Below are positions 7,634 through 16,130 of a DNA stretch of 64,000 bases, piece after piece. The first letter of the stretch is position 1. Each line of letters opens with the position of its first letter. This DNA is from a virus (lineage: Duplodnaviria; Heunggongvirae; Uroviricota; Caudoviricetes). The DNA is taken from positions 160,001 to 224,000 of IMG/VR virus record IMGVR_UViG_3300038345_000251; one strand, given 5' to 3'. A model generated the notes under the pieces. It was not told where the DNA came from, did not search any database, and saw only the letters and a program-made list of their open reading frames with translations. The translations under genes and the position numbers were made by a program.

Positions 7634-10387
7634 ATGAATAATGAAAGAATCTTATTGTGTGGAATCGGAAAATTAGAAAATTGTTACATTCGTGAATGGG
7701 TAGAATATCATAAAAATTTAGGTTTTACTAATATAGTTTTATATGATAATAATGATAAAGATGGTGAACGATTTGAAGATGTAATCGGTGATTACATTAG
7801 GGATGGCTATGTAATTATGAGAGATAGAAGAGGTGTCGAATTAGCACAGATTCCTGCATATAATGATTGCTATAAAGAATTTAAAAAAGATTATGATTGG
7901 ATTGGATATTGGGATATTGATGAATTTATTGAATTTGAACAGAGTGGACAGACAATTCAACAATTTTTAAGTAAACCAATGTTTAACAAGTATCAATCTA
8001 TTAGATTATGTTGGAAACAATATACTGATAATGGGTTGATAACAGTTGATGATGAAAATTATTCAGTTACAAGATTCACAGAAGTATTTGATAAACAATT
8101 TTGTGTGAATAATGGCATTCCTGTTGCACATTATATTACTTCAAATACACAAGCAAAGGCGATTATTAGAACAAACGTAAAAGATTTTAATGTTATAAGT
8201 CCTCACTGTTATCTTGATGTACCAACTGTTACAGCAGATGGTAAAGTACCACCAAAAAATCATATTAGAATAGGAAATGTACCTGTTTGGAAAGGTGCTT
8301 GGCTTAATCACTATCGTTTTAAAACAATTGAAGAATATGTAAAACAAAAAATGGTAAGATTATGGCCTACTAAATATATGAATGGTGGTAAAGATAGACT
8401 TAATCTTGATTATTTCTTCATGTTTAATGTTAAAACGCAAGAAAAAGTTAATTTAGCAAATGAGATATTAAAAAAAAACACTAAAAAAACCATAAAAATT
8501 AATTCTTGGATTAAAAGAAACCCTGATGGAACATTAAAAAAGAACAATTGGGGGGATGATGTTAATTATTATTTCTTACCAAATATTTTTAATGCAAGAT
8601 TAATTGATAAAACTAAAAAAGATAAAGGCGAAAATTATTGTTTCATTGGCTCTATTATAAATGATAATTATGTTGATGAAAATACAATAATTTGGGGTAG
8701 TGGTGTACAAACACGAACATTACAATTAAAAAAGAAACCTAAAAAAGTATGTGCTGTTCGTGGTCCATTAACAAGATTACAACTTATGAAGAAGGGTATA
8801 AGTTGCCCTGAAATATATGGAGACCCAACACTTTTATTACCTTATTTCTATTCACCAAAATTACCTAAGAAATATAAAATTGGGTTTATTCCACATTGGT
8901 CATCTATTGACACTATGAATACTATTCGTTTTAAAAGCGATAGTAGAGTACACTTAATTAAAATGAGTGGTTATAAAAAGTGGACAGATGTTATTGATGA
9001 AATAGTTTCTTGTGAATATATTGTTTCTGAATCATTACATGGATTAATTATGGCTGAAGCATATGGAATACCTAATTTGTGGGTTGATGTAAGTTTAAAA
9101 GGCGTTTATGATATAAAATTCCATGATTTCTTCCTTTCAATGAAAGAAGATAGAAGAGAAGCAGTAAAGGTTGATAAGAATTTTAATGCAGATATTGCTT
9201 TGAAATTACTTAAAAACTATAAAAAAGGAACAATGCCTAACTTGAAAAAATTGGTTGAAGCGTGTCCAATTGAAATCAATAATAGTGAATTTTTAGAGAG
9301 AATCTATAGTAAAACACCTTTAATTGTTGAAGAACCACCACAAATGGTAGAGGAATCAGAAGAACAACAAGAGGTGAAAAAACCTTATGAACCAGGTATT
9401 TCAATATGTATAACAGCATATAAGGCACAAAAATATCTTAAAGAAACTTTGGATTCTGTGTATAATCAGACTTGGTTTTTAAACCATAACAATTGGGAAG
9501 TATTACTTGGTATTGATGGTTGTGAAGAAACACTTGAATATGTTAAAACTATTATGGGTGATTATAAGAACCTTCGTGTATTCATGATGGATAGTAATCA
9601 AGGAACTTATATTACAACAAATACAATAATGTCACAAGCAAGATATGATGGTTTAATACGTTTTGATTCAGATGATATAATGTTACCTGAAATGGTTGAA
9701 AGAATCATGACAAAACGTGCAAATTATGATGTCGTAAGGTTTAAAATGCAAAACTTTGGTAAAAATACTATAACAAATATGGCTTGTGGACAAATATATA
9801 TGAAACATGATATATTTGATGAATTTGGTGGTTATCAGCCTTGGAAATGTAATGCTGATAGTGAAATGGAAAAACGTGTTCATAAGTTCGTCAATCTTCT
9901 TAAAATACAAGAAGTTCTTTTGAGAAGAAGAATTCATGATACAAACTTAACTGTGGCTAAAGATACAAATTTCCAATCTTCTTTAAGAAGAAAATATATA
10001 AGTTACGTTTTAAAACTTCATGTTAAATCAAGAAAAGAGGCAGTCATTAATAAAGTGACAAATACTTTTACTGAAATTTATAATTCGATAGAAGAAAATT
10101 ATACTATTCAAGAATCTAAACCTATTTTTGAAGAACCTAAACCTGTTTTAAAACGTTTACCAACACCAACAGTAAAAACACCTGTTAAAAAATATGCTGT
10201 TCCGAAACGAATTGTTAAAGAAGAAGAAGTAAATGAAGATATTAAAGAAAAAGAATCTGAACAAGAAATTGAAACAGTCGTTCAAGACACTAAACAAATA
10301 AGTTTAAAGGAAAAGGTTAAACAAATTAAAGTGCCAAGAAATTATTCAAGGAAACTTGGTGATAGATATATAATGAATGATTATTAA
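7634..10387 (+). CDS. Three-domain fusion: GT2/GT92-like glycosyltransferase + polysaccharide pyruvyltransferase + GT2 glycosyltransferase
   Basis: Domain 1: YIREWVEYH..LGF, YDNND, WDIDEF. Domain 2: NNWGD, IWGSG, AVRGPLT, YGDP, SLHGLIMAEAYGIP. Domain 3: ISICITAYKAQKYLKETLDSV, FDSDD. Charged low-complexity tail. Confidence 0.85.
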   Translation: MNNERILLCGIGKLENCYIREWVEYHKNLGFTNIVLYDNNDKDGERFEDVIGDYIRDGYVIMRDRRGVELAQIPAYNDCYKEFKKDYDWIGYWDIDEFIEFEQSGQTIQQFLSKPMFNKYQSIRLCWKQYTDNGLITVDDENYSVTRFTEVFDKQFCVNNGIPVAHYITSNTQAKAIIRTNVKDFNVISPHCYLDVPTVTADGKVPPKNHIRIGNVPVWKGAWLNHYRFKTIEEYVKQKMVRLWPTKYMNGGKDRLNLDYFFMFNVKTQEKVNLANEILKKNTKKTIKINSWIKRNPDGTLKKNNWGDDVNYYFLPNIFNARLIDKTKKDKGENYCFIGSIINDNYVDENTIIWGSGVQTRTLQLKKKPKKVCAVRGPLTRLQLMKKGISCPEIYGDPTLLLPYFYSPKLPKKYKIGFIPHWSSIDTMNTIRFKSDSRVHLIKMSGYKKWTDVIDEIVSCEYIVSESLHGLIMAEAYGIPNLWVDVSLKGVYDIKFHDFFLSMKEDRREAVKVDKNFNADIALKLLKNYKKGTMPNLKKLVEACPIEINNSEFLERIYSKTPLIVEEPPQMVEESEEQQEVKKPYEPGISICITAYKAQKYLKETLDSVYNQTWFLNHNNWEVLLGIDGCEETLEYVKTIMGDYKNLRVFMMDSNQGTYITTNTIMSQARYDGLIRFDSDDIMLPEMVERIMTKRANYDVVRFKMQNFGKNTITNMACGQIYMKHDIFDEFGGYQPWKCNADSEMEKRVHKFVNLLKIQEVLLRRRIHDTNLTVAKDTNFQSSLRRKYISYVLKLHVKSRKEAVINKVTNTFTEIYNSIEENYTIQESKPIFEEPKPVLKRLPTPTVKTPVKKYAVPKRIVKEEEVNEDIKEKESEQEIETVVQDTKQISLKEKVKQIKVPRNYSRKLGDRYIMNDY

Positions 10388-10412
10388 AAGAGGATGTAAA
10401 ATCCTCTTTTTT
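10386..10412 (+). terminator. Intrinsic terminator
   Basis: aaaagaggat-gtaaa-atcctctttttt. Confidence 0.85.
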
Positions 10413-10433
10413 GTTTTCCTTTGTAAAAGAATG

Positions 10434-10444
10434 AACTATTTATA
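10434..10444 (+). promoter_or_regulatory. Putative phage late promoter motif AACTATTTATA
   Basis: One of about 12 intergenic copies of the motif; 22 nt before the ATG at 10467. Confidence 0.65.
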
Positions 10445-10466
10445 AAGAAAAAATAAGATTTTAATT

Positions 10467-11624
10467 ATGGCACATTTAAGAGTATTTGAAAATCACGAAG
10501 ATTATGAATTTTTTATAGCTAGTGGTACAATGTATTATCCTAATGTATCAGTTTGTGAAGAACAATACGAGGCACATTATAATGATAATGGTACTATAGA
10601 CAAAAATGATGGTAGACAAAAATATGGTATTATTGAAATTGACGATATTGAACCGTTTGAGTGTGAGGGTGGTATTGAAACAGGTATTAGTTTAACAACA
10701 GCAGAAACTAACCGTTGGAAATTAAAAGATAAGTCTGATTGGCTTAATGTATCACCAATTAGTGGTGTTGGTAGTATTGATTTGACTGTAGAAGCAGAAG
10801 AATACACTAATACTGAAGAAGATAGAGAGGGGTTCTTTACTGTTGGGTATACAATGCCTGATAGTACCTATAGTGTAAGTAAATATGGTATTGTACAAAA
10901 GAAGAAAATTGATTATAGTAAACAATCGTTAACATTTAAAATTTTATCTGGTGGTACAATTAATTGGATAACATCAGATGAATCATTCACCAAGACAATC
11001 AGTTACAGTACAGATAATGGCACTACATGGACAGACATTGTTTCATCAACAGAAGGTACATCAATTAATGTAAATGCTGGTGATAATGTAATGTTTAAAG
11101 GTGATAATGCTACATATGGTGATGGTGAAAATGTTCACAATTACTTTGGTGGTACTGCTATGTTTGAAATTGAAGGAAATATAATGTCACTTGTTGATAG
11201 TACAGGATATACAACTGCAACTACTTTATCAAGTGCTTATACTTTTTATTCCTTATTCATAAATTGTTCAGGATTAACATCTGCTGAAAACCTTGTTCTT
11301 CCTGCTACTACTTTAGCAGAGGTTTGTTATTCTTGTATGTTCTATGGCTGTACAGGTTTAACTACAGCACCTGAACTACCAGCAACAACATTAGTAGAAC
11401 GTTGTTATTATTATATGTTCAATGGATGTACAAATCTTAACTATATCAAATGTTTAGCAACTGATATAAGTGCAACTGATTGTACACATGGTTGGGTATT
11501 AAGGGTTGCATCATCAGGTACTTTCCACAAAAACAGTTCAATGAGTAGTTGGACAACAGGTGATAGTGGTATTCCAAATGGATGGACAGTAGATGGATGG
11601 ACAGTAGAAGATGCAACATTGTAA
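10467..11624 (+). CDS. BACON domain + BspA-type leucine-rich-repeat protein (putative virion adhesin)
   Basis: SDWLNVSPISGVGSIDLTV...R...IVQ (BACON); LPATTLAEVCYSCMFYGCTGLTTAPELPATTL repeats; SGIPNGWTV end typical of Bacteroidota-phage LRR proteins. Confidence 0.75.
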   Translation: MAHLRVFENHEDYEFFIASGTMYYPNVSVCEEQYEAHYNDNGTIDKNDGRQKYGIIEIDDIEPFECEGGIETGISLTTAETNRWKLKDKSDWLNVSPISGVGSIDLTVEAEEYTNTEEDREGFFTVGYTMPDSTYSVSKYGIVQKKKIDYSKQSLTFKILSGGTINWITSDESFTKTISYSTDNGTTWTDIVSSTEGTSINVNAGDNVMFKGDNATYGDGENVHNYFGGTAMFEIEGNIMSLVDSTGYTTATTLSSAYTFYSLFINCSGLTSAENLVLPATTLAEVCYSCMFYGCTGLTTAPELPATTLVERCYYYMFNGCTNLNYIKCLATDISATDCTHGWVLRVASSGTFHKNSSMSSWTTGDSGIPNGWTVDGWTVEDATL

Positions 11625-11647
11625 ATTTATATTACATATTTAATAAT

Positions 11648-11679
11648 AAAAAAAGCAAGTTGAAAAACTTGCTTTTTTT
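11648..11679 (+). terminator. Intrinsic terminator
   Basis: aaaaaagcaagtt-gaaa-aacttgctttttt. Confidence 0.85.
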
Positions 11680-11718
11680 ATTGTTTATATTATTTTATTA
11701 GAAAAAATAATAAATAAT

Positions 11719-13431
11719 ATGAAAACATTACTTTGTTGTATAGGTAGAAATGAAAATCAATATATTAGAGAATATGTTGAATACTATAAGAATTTAGGTT
11801 TTACCAATATAGTTTTATGTGATAACAACTATGATGGTGAAGAACATTTTGAAGATGTAATTCAGGATTATATTGATAGTGGATATGTAATCTTGAAAGA
11901 TTATAGAAATAAGAAGGTATGTCAGTTAAATGCGTATAATACTTGTTATGCTGAATATGGTAAAGATTATGATTGGATTGCTTTTTTTGATTGTGATGAA
12001 TTTTTGACATTGACAAAGAAGAAAACGATAGATGAATATCTTTCAGCAATTTATTTTAGAAGATATGATATGATTCATATTAACTGGAGGTGTTATGGTG
12101 ATTCTGATTTAGCAAGAAACGATGGTAGACCATTACTTGAAAGATTCACAAAACCAATTCCTGATGATAGACAAGTTGCTTATCATTTTCCTGAAAATAA
12201 CCATATAAAGAGTATTATTAGAGGTGGTTTAAGAAAGGTGGAATATAAAGTTAATCCGCATACACCACAAACAATAACTAAATGTTGTAATAATAGGGGT
12301 ATTGCTTGTAATGGTGCTTCGGCATTTGAAAAATATAATTTTGATGATGCATATTTAAGGCATTTTTCAACTAAGACAATTGAAGAATATTGTGGTAAAC
12401 TTAAAAGAGGTTTCCCTGATGGACTATGGAGTTTTGAAAAAATGGGTGAACATCTTTTGGAAACAAGATTTTTTAGATATAACAGAGTAACACAGGAAAA
12501 ACTTGATGTTATTAAGGAAGAACTTGGAATTGATTTTACTAAACTTAAGCCAGAGACATCAACAAGAATATCTGATAATGCTTCAAATGAAGTAATTGAT
12601 GGAAAGAGAAAAGATGTTCAATTGTTTATGCTTTGTTATGATAAAGAGCAGTATGACTTTGTTGATAATGAAGTAATGACACCTATTCAATGTGGTGCAG
12701 TTAACGGAAAAGATGTTTGTTCATTAAAGGATAATACAGGAGAAAATATTTCACAAGCAAACTTTTTCTTTGTAGAAAATACAGGAACATTTTGGATTTG
12801 GAAAAATATAAAAGATGCTAGATATAAGGGACAAACACAATATAGAAGAAGACTTATTGGTGTTGATGAAAAAACAGATTATGATAGAATTTTTAAAGAT
12901 TATGATATAATTTGTGCAAAACCTTATAATTATCCTGCAAATAAAACTGCATTCATTCCTGCTGATACATTAATTGATGGATATGGTTATTCACATAATA
13001 GAGAAGACCTTGAATGTCTTGGTGATATTTTAAAAGAAACATATCCTGAATATGCACAGGATTGGGAAAATGTTGTGGTTAAAGGACAAGATTTGTATTA
13101 TTCAAACGGTTTTGTTCTTCCTGCTGATAAATATGATGAATATTGTGAATTCTTATTCGATTTACTTAGTAAATGGCTTCAGAAGAATAACATTAACACA
13201 TATGAAGATTTGATTGTACACGTTGCAAGAAACCTTGGTGCAGGAAAATACATTAGATACCCAAGAGAAGGTAAAGACCCTATGGAACTTACTTGGCCAT
13301 CTGTTAATTGGCAGATTCACATTGGTGGATTCCTTTCAGAACGTATTTTGACACTTTGGATTAATCATAATATACCAAAGGAACGCAGATATGAGGTCGA
13401 TTACCTTAAAATGGAAGACACTTATATTTAA
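11719..13431 (+). CDS. Two-domain glycosyltransferase: GT2/GT92-like + DUF4422 (GT111-like)
   Basis: N-domain is paralogous to 7634 (YIREYVEYYKNLGF, FDCDEF). C-domain PIQCGA, DNTGENIS..N...E.T..FWIWKN, QYRR, GFLSERIL matches the DUF4422 pattern. Confidence 0.82.
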   Translation: MKTLLCCIGRNENQYIREYVEYYKNLGFTNIVLCDNNYDGEEHFEDVIQDYIDSGYVILKDYRNKKVCQLNAYNTCYAEYGKDYDWIAFFDCDEFLTLTKKKTIDEYLSAIYFRRYDMIHINWRCYGDSDLARNDGRPLLERFTKPIPDDRQVAYHFPENNHIKSIIRGGLRKVEYKVNPHTPQTITKCCNNRGIACNGASAFEKYNFDDAYLRHFSTKTIEEYCGKLKRGFPDGLWSFEKMGEHLLETRFFRYNRVTQEKLDVIKEELGIDFTKLKPETSTRISDNASNEVIDGKRKDVQLFMLCYDKEQYDFVDNEVMTPIQCGAVNGKDVCSLKDNTGENISQANFFFVENTGTFWIWKNIKDARYKGQTQYRRRLIGVDEKTDYDRIFKDYDIICAKPYNYPANKTAFIPADTLIDGYGYSHNREDLECLGDILKETYPEYAQDWENVVVKGQDLYYSNGFVLPADKYDEYCEFLFDLLSKWLQKNNINTYEDLIVHVARNLGAGKYIRYPREGKDPMELTWPSVNWQIHIGGFLSERILTLWINHNIPKERRYEVDYLKMEDTYI

Positions 13432-13433
13432 TA

Positions 13434-13485
13434 ATTGATTTATTAATATAAAATTTGTATATTTGTAATAAGAAAACTATTTATA
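13434..13485 (+). promoter_or_regulatory. Tandem sigma-A-type promoter (ATTG-N20-TATATTTG) and late-type motif AACTATTTATA
   Basis: TATATTTG at 13458-13465; AACTATTTATA at 13475-13485. Confidence 0.65.
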
Positions 13486-13493
13486 ATTATATG

Positions 13494-13598
13494 TAATGAT
13501 TTACTGGCACCATTTCATTAGTTGAAAGAAAAATAATATCGTAAGATATTTATGACGTTTGTATAGTTGTGCCAGAATTATACAAACGTCATTCTTTT
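13494..13598 (+). ncRNA. Candidate structured cis-RNA with kissing loops and GNRA tetraloop in the 5' leader of the endonuclease
   Basis: P1 taatga/tcatta has CTGGCAC (13504-13510) in its loop. Hairpin aatatc-GTAA-gatatt at 13535-13550. A 17-bp stem 13552-13592 has loop GTGCCAG, exactly complementary to CTGGCAC. Confidence 0.7.
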
Positions 13599-13604
13599 TA
13601 AATT

Positions 13605-14516
13605 ATGAAGAAGTTGACAACAGAAGAATTTATTAAACGTGCAAGAGAAGTTCACGGAGATAAATATGATTATTCCAAAGTTGAGTACGTAAATGCACAC
13701 ACAAAGGTATGTATAGTTTGTTCAGAACACGGAGAGTTTTGGCAAGTTCCATATGCACATATTGACCAAAGACAAGGATGCCCAAAATGTGTTAAAAGAT
13801 ATGAGAAAAGTAGGGATATAGTAAACGAATTAAAAAAAATACATAAAAATAAATACGATTATTCCAAAGCAACATATGATGGTCCTAGAAATAAAATTAT
13901 TATAATTTGTCCAAAACACGGAGAGTTTACACAGAGGTTTGATGCACATTTAAGTGGGCAAGGTTGTCCTTTTTGTAAAAAAGAATTTTTAAAAGAATTA
14001 CGTACTTCAAATAATAAAGAGTTTCTTGAAAAAGCAAGAGAAGTTCACGGAGATAAATACGATTATTCTAAAGTTGACTATGTAAATGCACATACATATG
14101 TTACAATTATTTGTTGTGAACATGGAGAATATCGTCAGTTACCAATGAATCATTTAAAGGGGAAAGGGTGTCCTTCTTGTAAAAGTTCTAAATTAGAGAT
14201 TTTAATGAGAGAGTGTTTAACAAATAATAATATTAGTTTTGAAGAACAAAAAACATTTCATTGGTTAAAATATAAAAAACCAATGAAAATAGATTTTTAT
14301 TTGCCTGATTATAATATTGCTATTGAATGCCAAGGTGGGCAACATTTTCAACCTGTTGATTATGCAGGTTTAGGTAAACAATGGGCAGAAAAACAATTAT
14401 TATTAAATCAAAGTAGGGATAAAAAGAAAAAAGAGTTGTGTGAAGAAAATGGTGTGAAACTTTGTTATATAAATTATGATGATGACATAGAAGAAAAACT
14501 TTTAGAAATTTTGTAA
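13605..14516 (+). CDS. Free-standing homing-type endonuclease: three DUF723-like zinc-ribbon repeats + C-terminal PD-(D/E)xK (Vsr/DUF559-like) nuclease
   Basis: Three repeats YDYSK..Y......I.C..HGEF/Y.Q....H..G.GCP.C; nuclease motifs IDFYLPDYNIAIECQGGQH and RDKKKKELC. Confidence 0.85.
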   Translation: MKKLTTEEFIKRAREVHGDKYDYSKVEYVNAHTKVCIVCSEHGEFWQVPYAHIDQRQGCPKCVKRYEKSRDIVNELKKIHKNKYDYSKATYDGPRNKIIIICPKHGEFTQRFDAHLSGQGCPFCKKEFLKELRTSNNKEFLEKAREVHGDKYDYSKVDYVNAHTYVTIICCEHGEYRQLPMNHLKGKGCPSCKSSKLEILMRECLTNNNISFEEQKTFHWLKYKKPMKIDFYLPDYNIAIECQGGQHFQPVDYAGLGKQWAEKQLLLNQSRDKKKKELCEENGVKLCYINYDDDIEEKLLEIL

Positions 14517-14534
14517 GTACATTTAACATTTTCA

Positions 14535-14630
14535 AACTATTTATATATGAATGAAGTTTTTCATGGTTAGGTTTTTTTGTTTTTATTATTGGGAAAAATG
14601 CAGTCAAGAAATTGACAGCATTTTTTCTTT
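14535..14630 (+). ncRNA. Candidate ~80-nt small RNA (late motif, U-rich body, terminator)
   Basis: AACTATTTATA at 14535-14545, then only a 7-codon ORF, then a terminator at 14594-14630. Confidence 0.35.
14594..14630 (+). terminator. Intrinsic terminator, copy 1 of a duplicated terminator
   Basis: aaaaatgcagtcaa-gaaa-ttgacagcattttt (one mismatch) plus T tract. Confidence 0.75.
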
Positions 14631-14673
14631 AAATTAACATATAATTTATTTATTTTTAATAAAAAGTTTAGAT

Positions 14674-15597
14674 ATGTTATTAAGTGAAATTGACAAATTT
14701 TATGGATTAGAGAATGGTATTCCATTAAAGAAGAGGTTATTTGAATATAGAACAGAGAAGGTTAAGAAGTTGATGGTTGAAGCATATGGTTCTTTTCCTG
14801 AACAATATGATAGTGTAAAAAAAATATCGGATGAAATAGTTTTAAAAATAGAGAAGAAGGAATTTATAAAGAAAGATGGTTATTTTTTAATAAGTATTAC
14901 AGAAAATGTTATTGGTATTGGTGAAGTAAATATCTCAGTAAGGTGGTATGACAATAAGTATGGTGATAAAGTTGTTTATGGTAAGAGAGTAGGGAAAAAC
15001 AATATAGAGTTAAGCATATATGCTGGTGAAGTAGTTTATTATAATTTATCATCCACTATTGCACATGAGATAATGCATTGTTTTCAGGATACATTACCGA
15101 AAGTAAAGGGGGTTAACGAAAAATCAATATTTTTATATTCGCATGTTTTAGAGTTTTATCAAAATGCACCAAGTTCATTAGTTGCTAATTTCTTTTATGG
15201 TTTATATATATGTTATTCATTTGAAGCATCTGCTAATATATCATCTGTTGCCAATTATATATCAAGTTTTTTTAATGGTAAAAAGAATATGACAACTATT
15301 GAAATGCAGAAAGCATTATATAAATTTGATAAGTATCAGGATTATGATGAGATATATAAAAGTTTGGTAAATAAATCTTATATTGATTTTAGTGAAGATG
15401 ATATTAGGTATATAGAACGATGTATGACAAATAAGTTACATAATTATGTAACTGATAATATGGAATGTATATATGATAGGAATAAATTTAATGTAGAAAA
15501 GTTCATAAATTCAAATATCAAAAACATTGTTAATATATGCAGGACAACGATTGATAAAATGTGGAAAAATACAATGTTATATATTAATGAAAAATAA
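14674..15597 (+). CDS. Zincin-like (HExxH...E) metalloprotease-fold protein
   Basis: TIAHEIMHCFQD, with downstream FEASAN as a possible third ligand; paralogous to 55408..56397. Confidence 0.6.
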   Translation: MLLSEIDKFYGLENGIPLKKRLFEYRTEKVKKLMVEAYGSFPEQYDSVKKISDEIVLKIEKKEFIKKDGYFLISITENVIGIGEVNISVRWYDNKYGDKVVYGKRVGKNNIELSIYAGEVVYYNLSSTIAHEIMHCFQDTLPKVKGVNEKSIFLYSHVLEFYQNAPSSLVANFFYGLYICYSFEASANISSVANYISSFFNGKKNMTTIEMQKALYKFDKYQDYDEIYKSLVNKSYIDFSEDDIRYIERCMTNKLHNYVTDNMECIYDRNKFNVEKFINSNIKNIVNICRTTIDKMWKNTMLYINEK

Positions 15598-15627
15598 GAA
15601 GACATTTATGTTTTTATTTTTATGTTG

Positions 15628-15660
15628 AATGCAGTCAAATAATTGGCTGCATTTTTTTCT
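15628..15660 (+). terminator. Intrinsic terminator, copy 2 of a duplicated terminator
   Basis: aatgcagtcaa-ataa-ttggctgcatt plus T tract; same 5' stem arm as 14597-14607. Confidence 0.8.
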
Positions 15661-15709
15661 TTATTTTCATAATTATTTTGTTTATATTTATCTTAGAAAA
15701 TTCATTGAT

Positions 15710-15720
15710 AACTATTTATA
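15710..15720 (+). promoter_or_regulatory. Putative late promoter motif heading the baseplate operon
   Basis: AACTATTTATA 17 nt before the gp25-like ATG. Confidence 0.7.
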
Positions 15721-15737
15721 TTTAAACAATTATAGAT

Positions 15738-16127
15738 ATGGCTTTAACACAACGATTCGGGGTTAAATATCCCTTTTCAAGTAATAATCTTGATGAAATA
15801 TACATTGATTTAAATGAAACACTTACTGATAGAGTAAAGTCAGAAGTGTTACATGTTCTTTTTACGCCTAAAGGTCAAAAGTTAAGAAATCCAGATTTTG
15901 GAACGGATTTAATTAAATATTTGTTTGACCCTAAGGATGATACAAGTTTTGAAAGTGTTAAATCAAGTATAAAGATGGATATTGGAAAATATGTAAAAAA
16001 CATTGAATTTGAAGACATCAGAATTCTTCAAGATGAAAATGATGAAAGGGCTATTATCGTAGTTGTCGAATATAGTGTTGTCAAAGGAAATAAAAAAGAA
16101 AAAACAAAAGTAGCAGTAAAACTTTAA
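15738..16127 (+). CDS. Baseplate wedge protein, gp25/GPW-like
   Basis: GVKYPF ... VLFTPKGQKLRNPDFGTDLIKYLFDP is the gp25 signature. Confidence 0.9.
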   Translation: MALTQRFGVKYPFSSNNLDEIYIDLNETLTDRVKSEVLHVLFTPKGQKLRNPDFGTDLIKYLFDPKDDTSFESVKSSIKMDIGKYVKNIEFEDIRILQDENDERAIIVVVEYSVVKGNKKEKTKVAVKL

Positions 16128-16130
16128 GTT

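Noticed and set aside
13494-13598. Hammerhead ribozyme, tRNA or simple terminator reading of the structured leader
   Set aside because: No CUGANGA core and no cloverleaf or T-loop. A lone terminator would not explain the complementary loops and GNRA hairpin, although hairpin C plus tcttttt could also attenuate.
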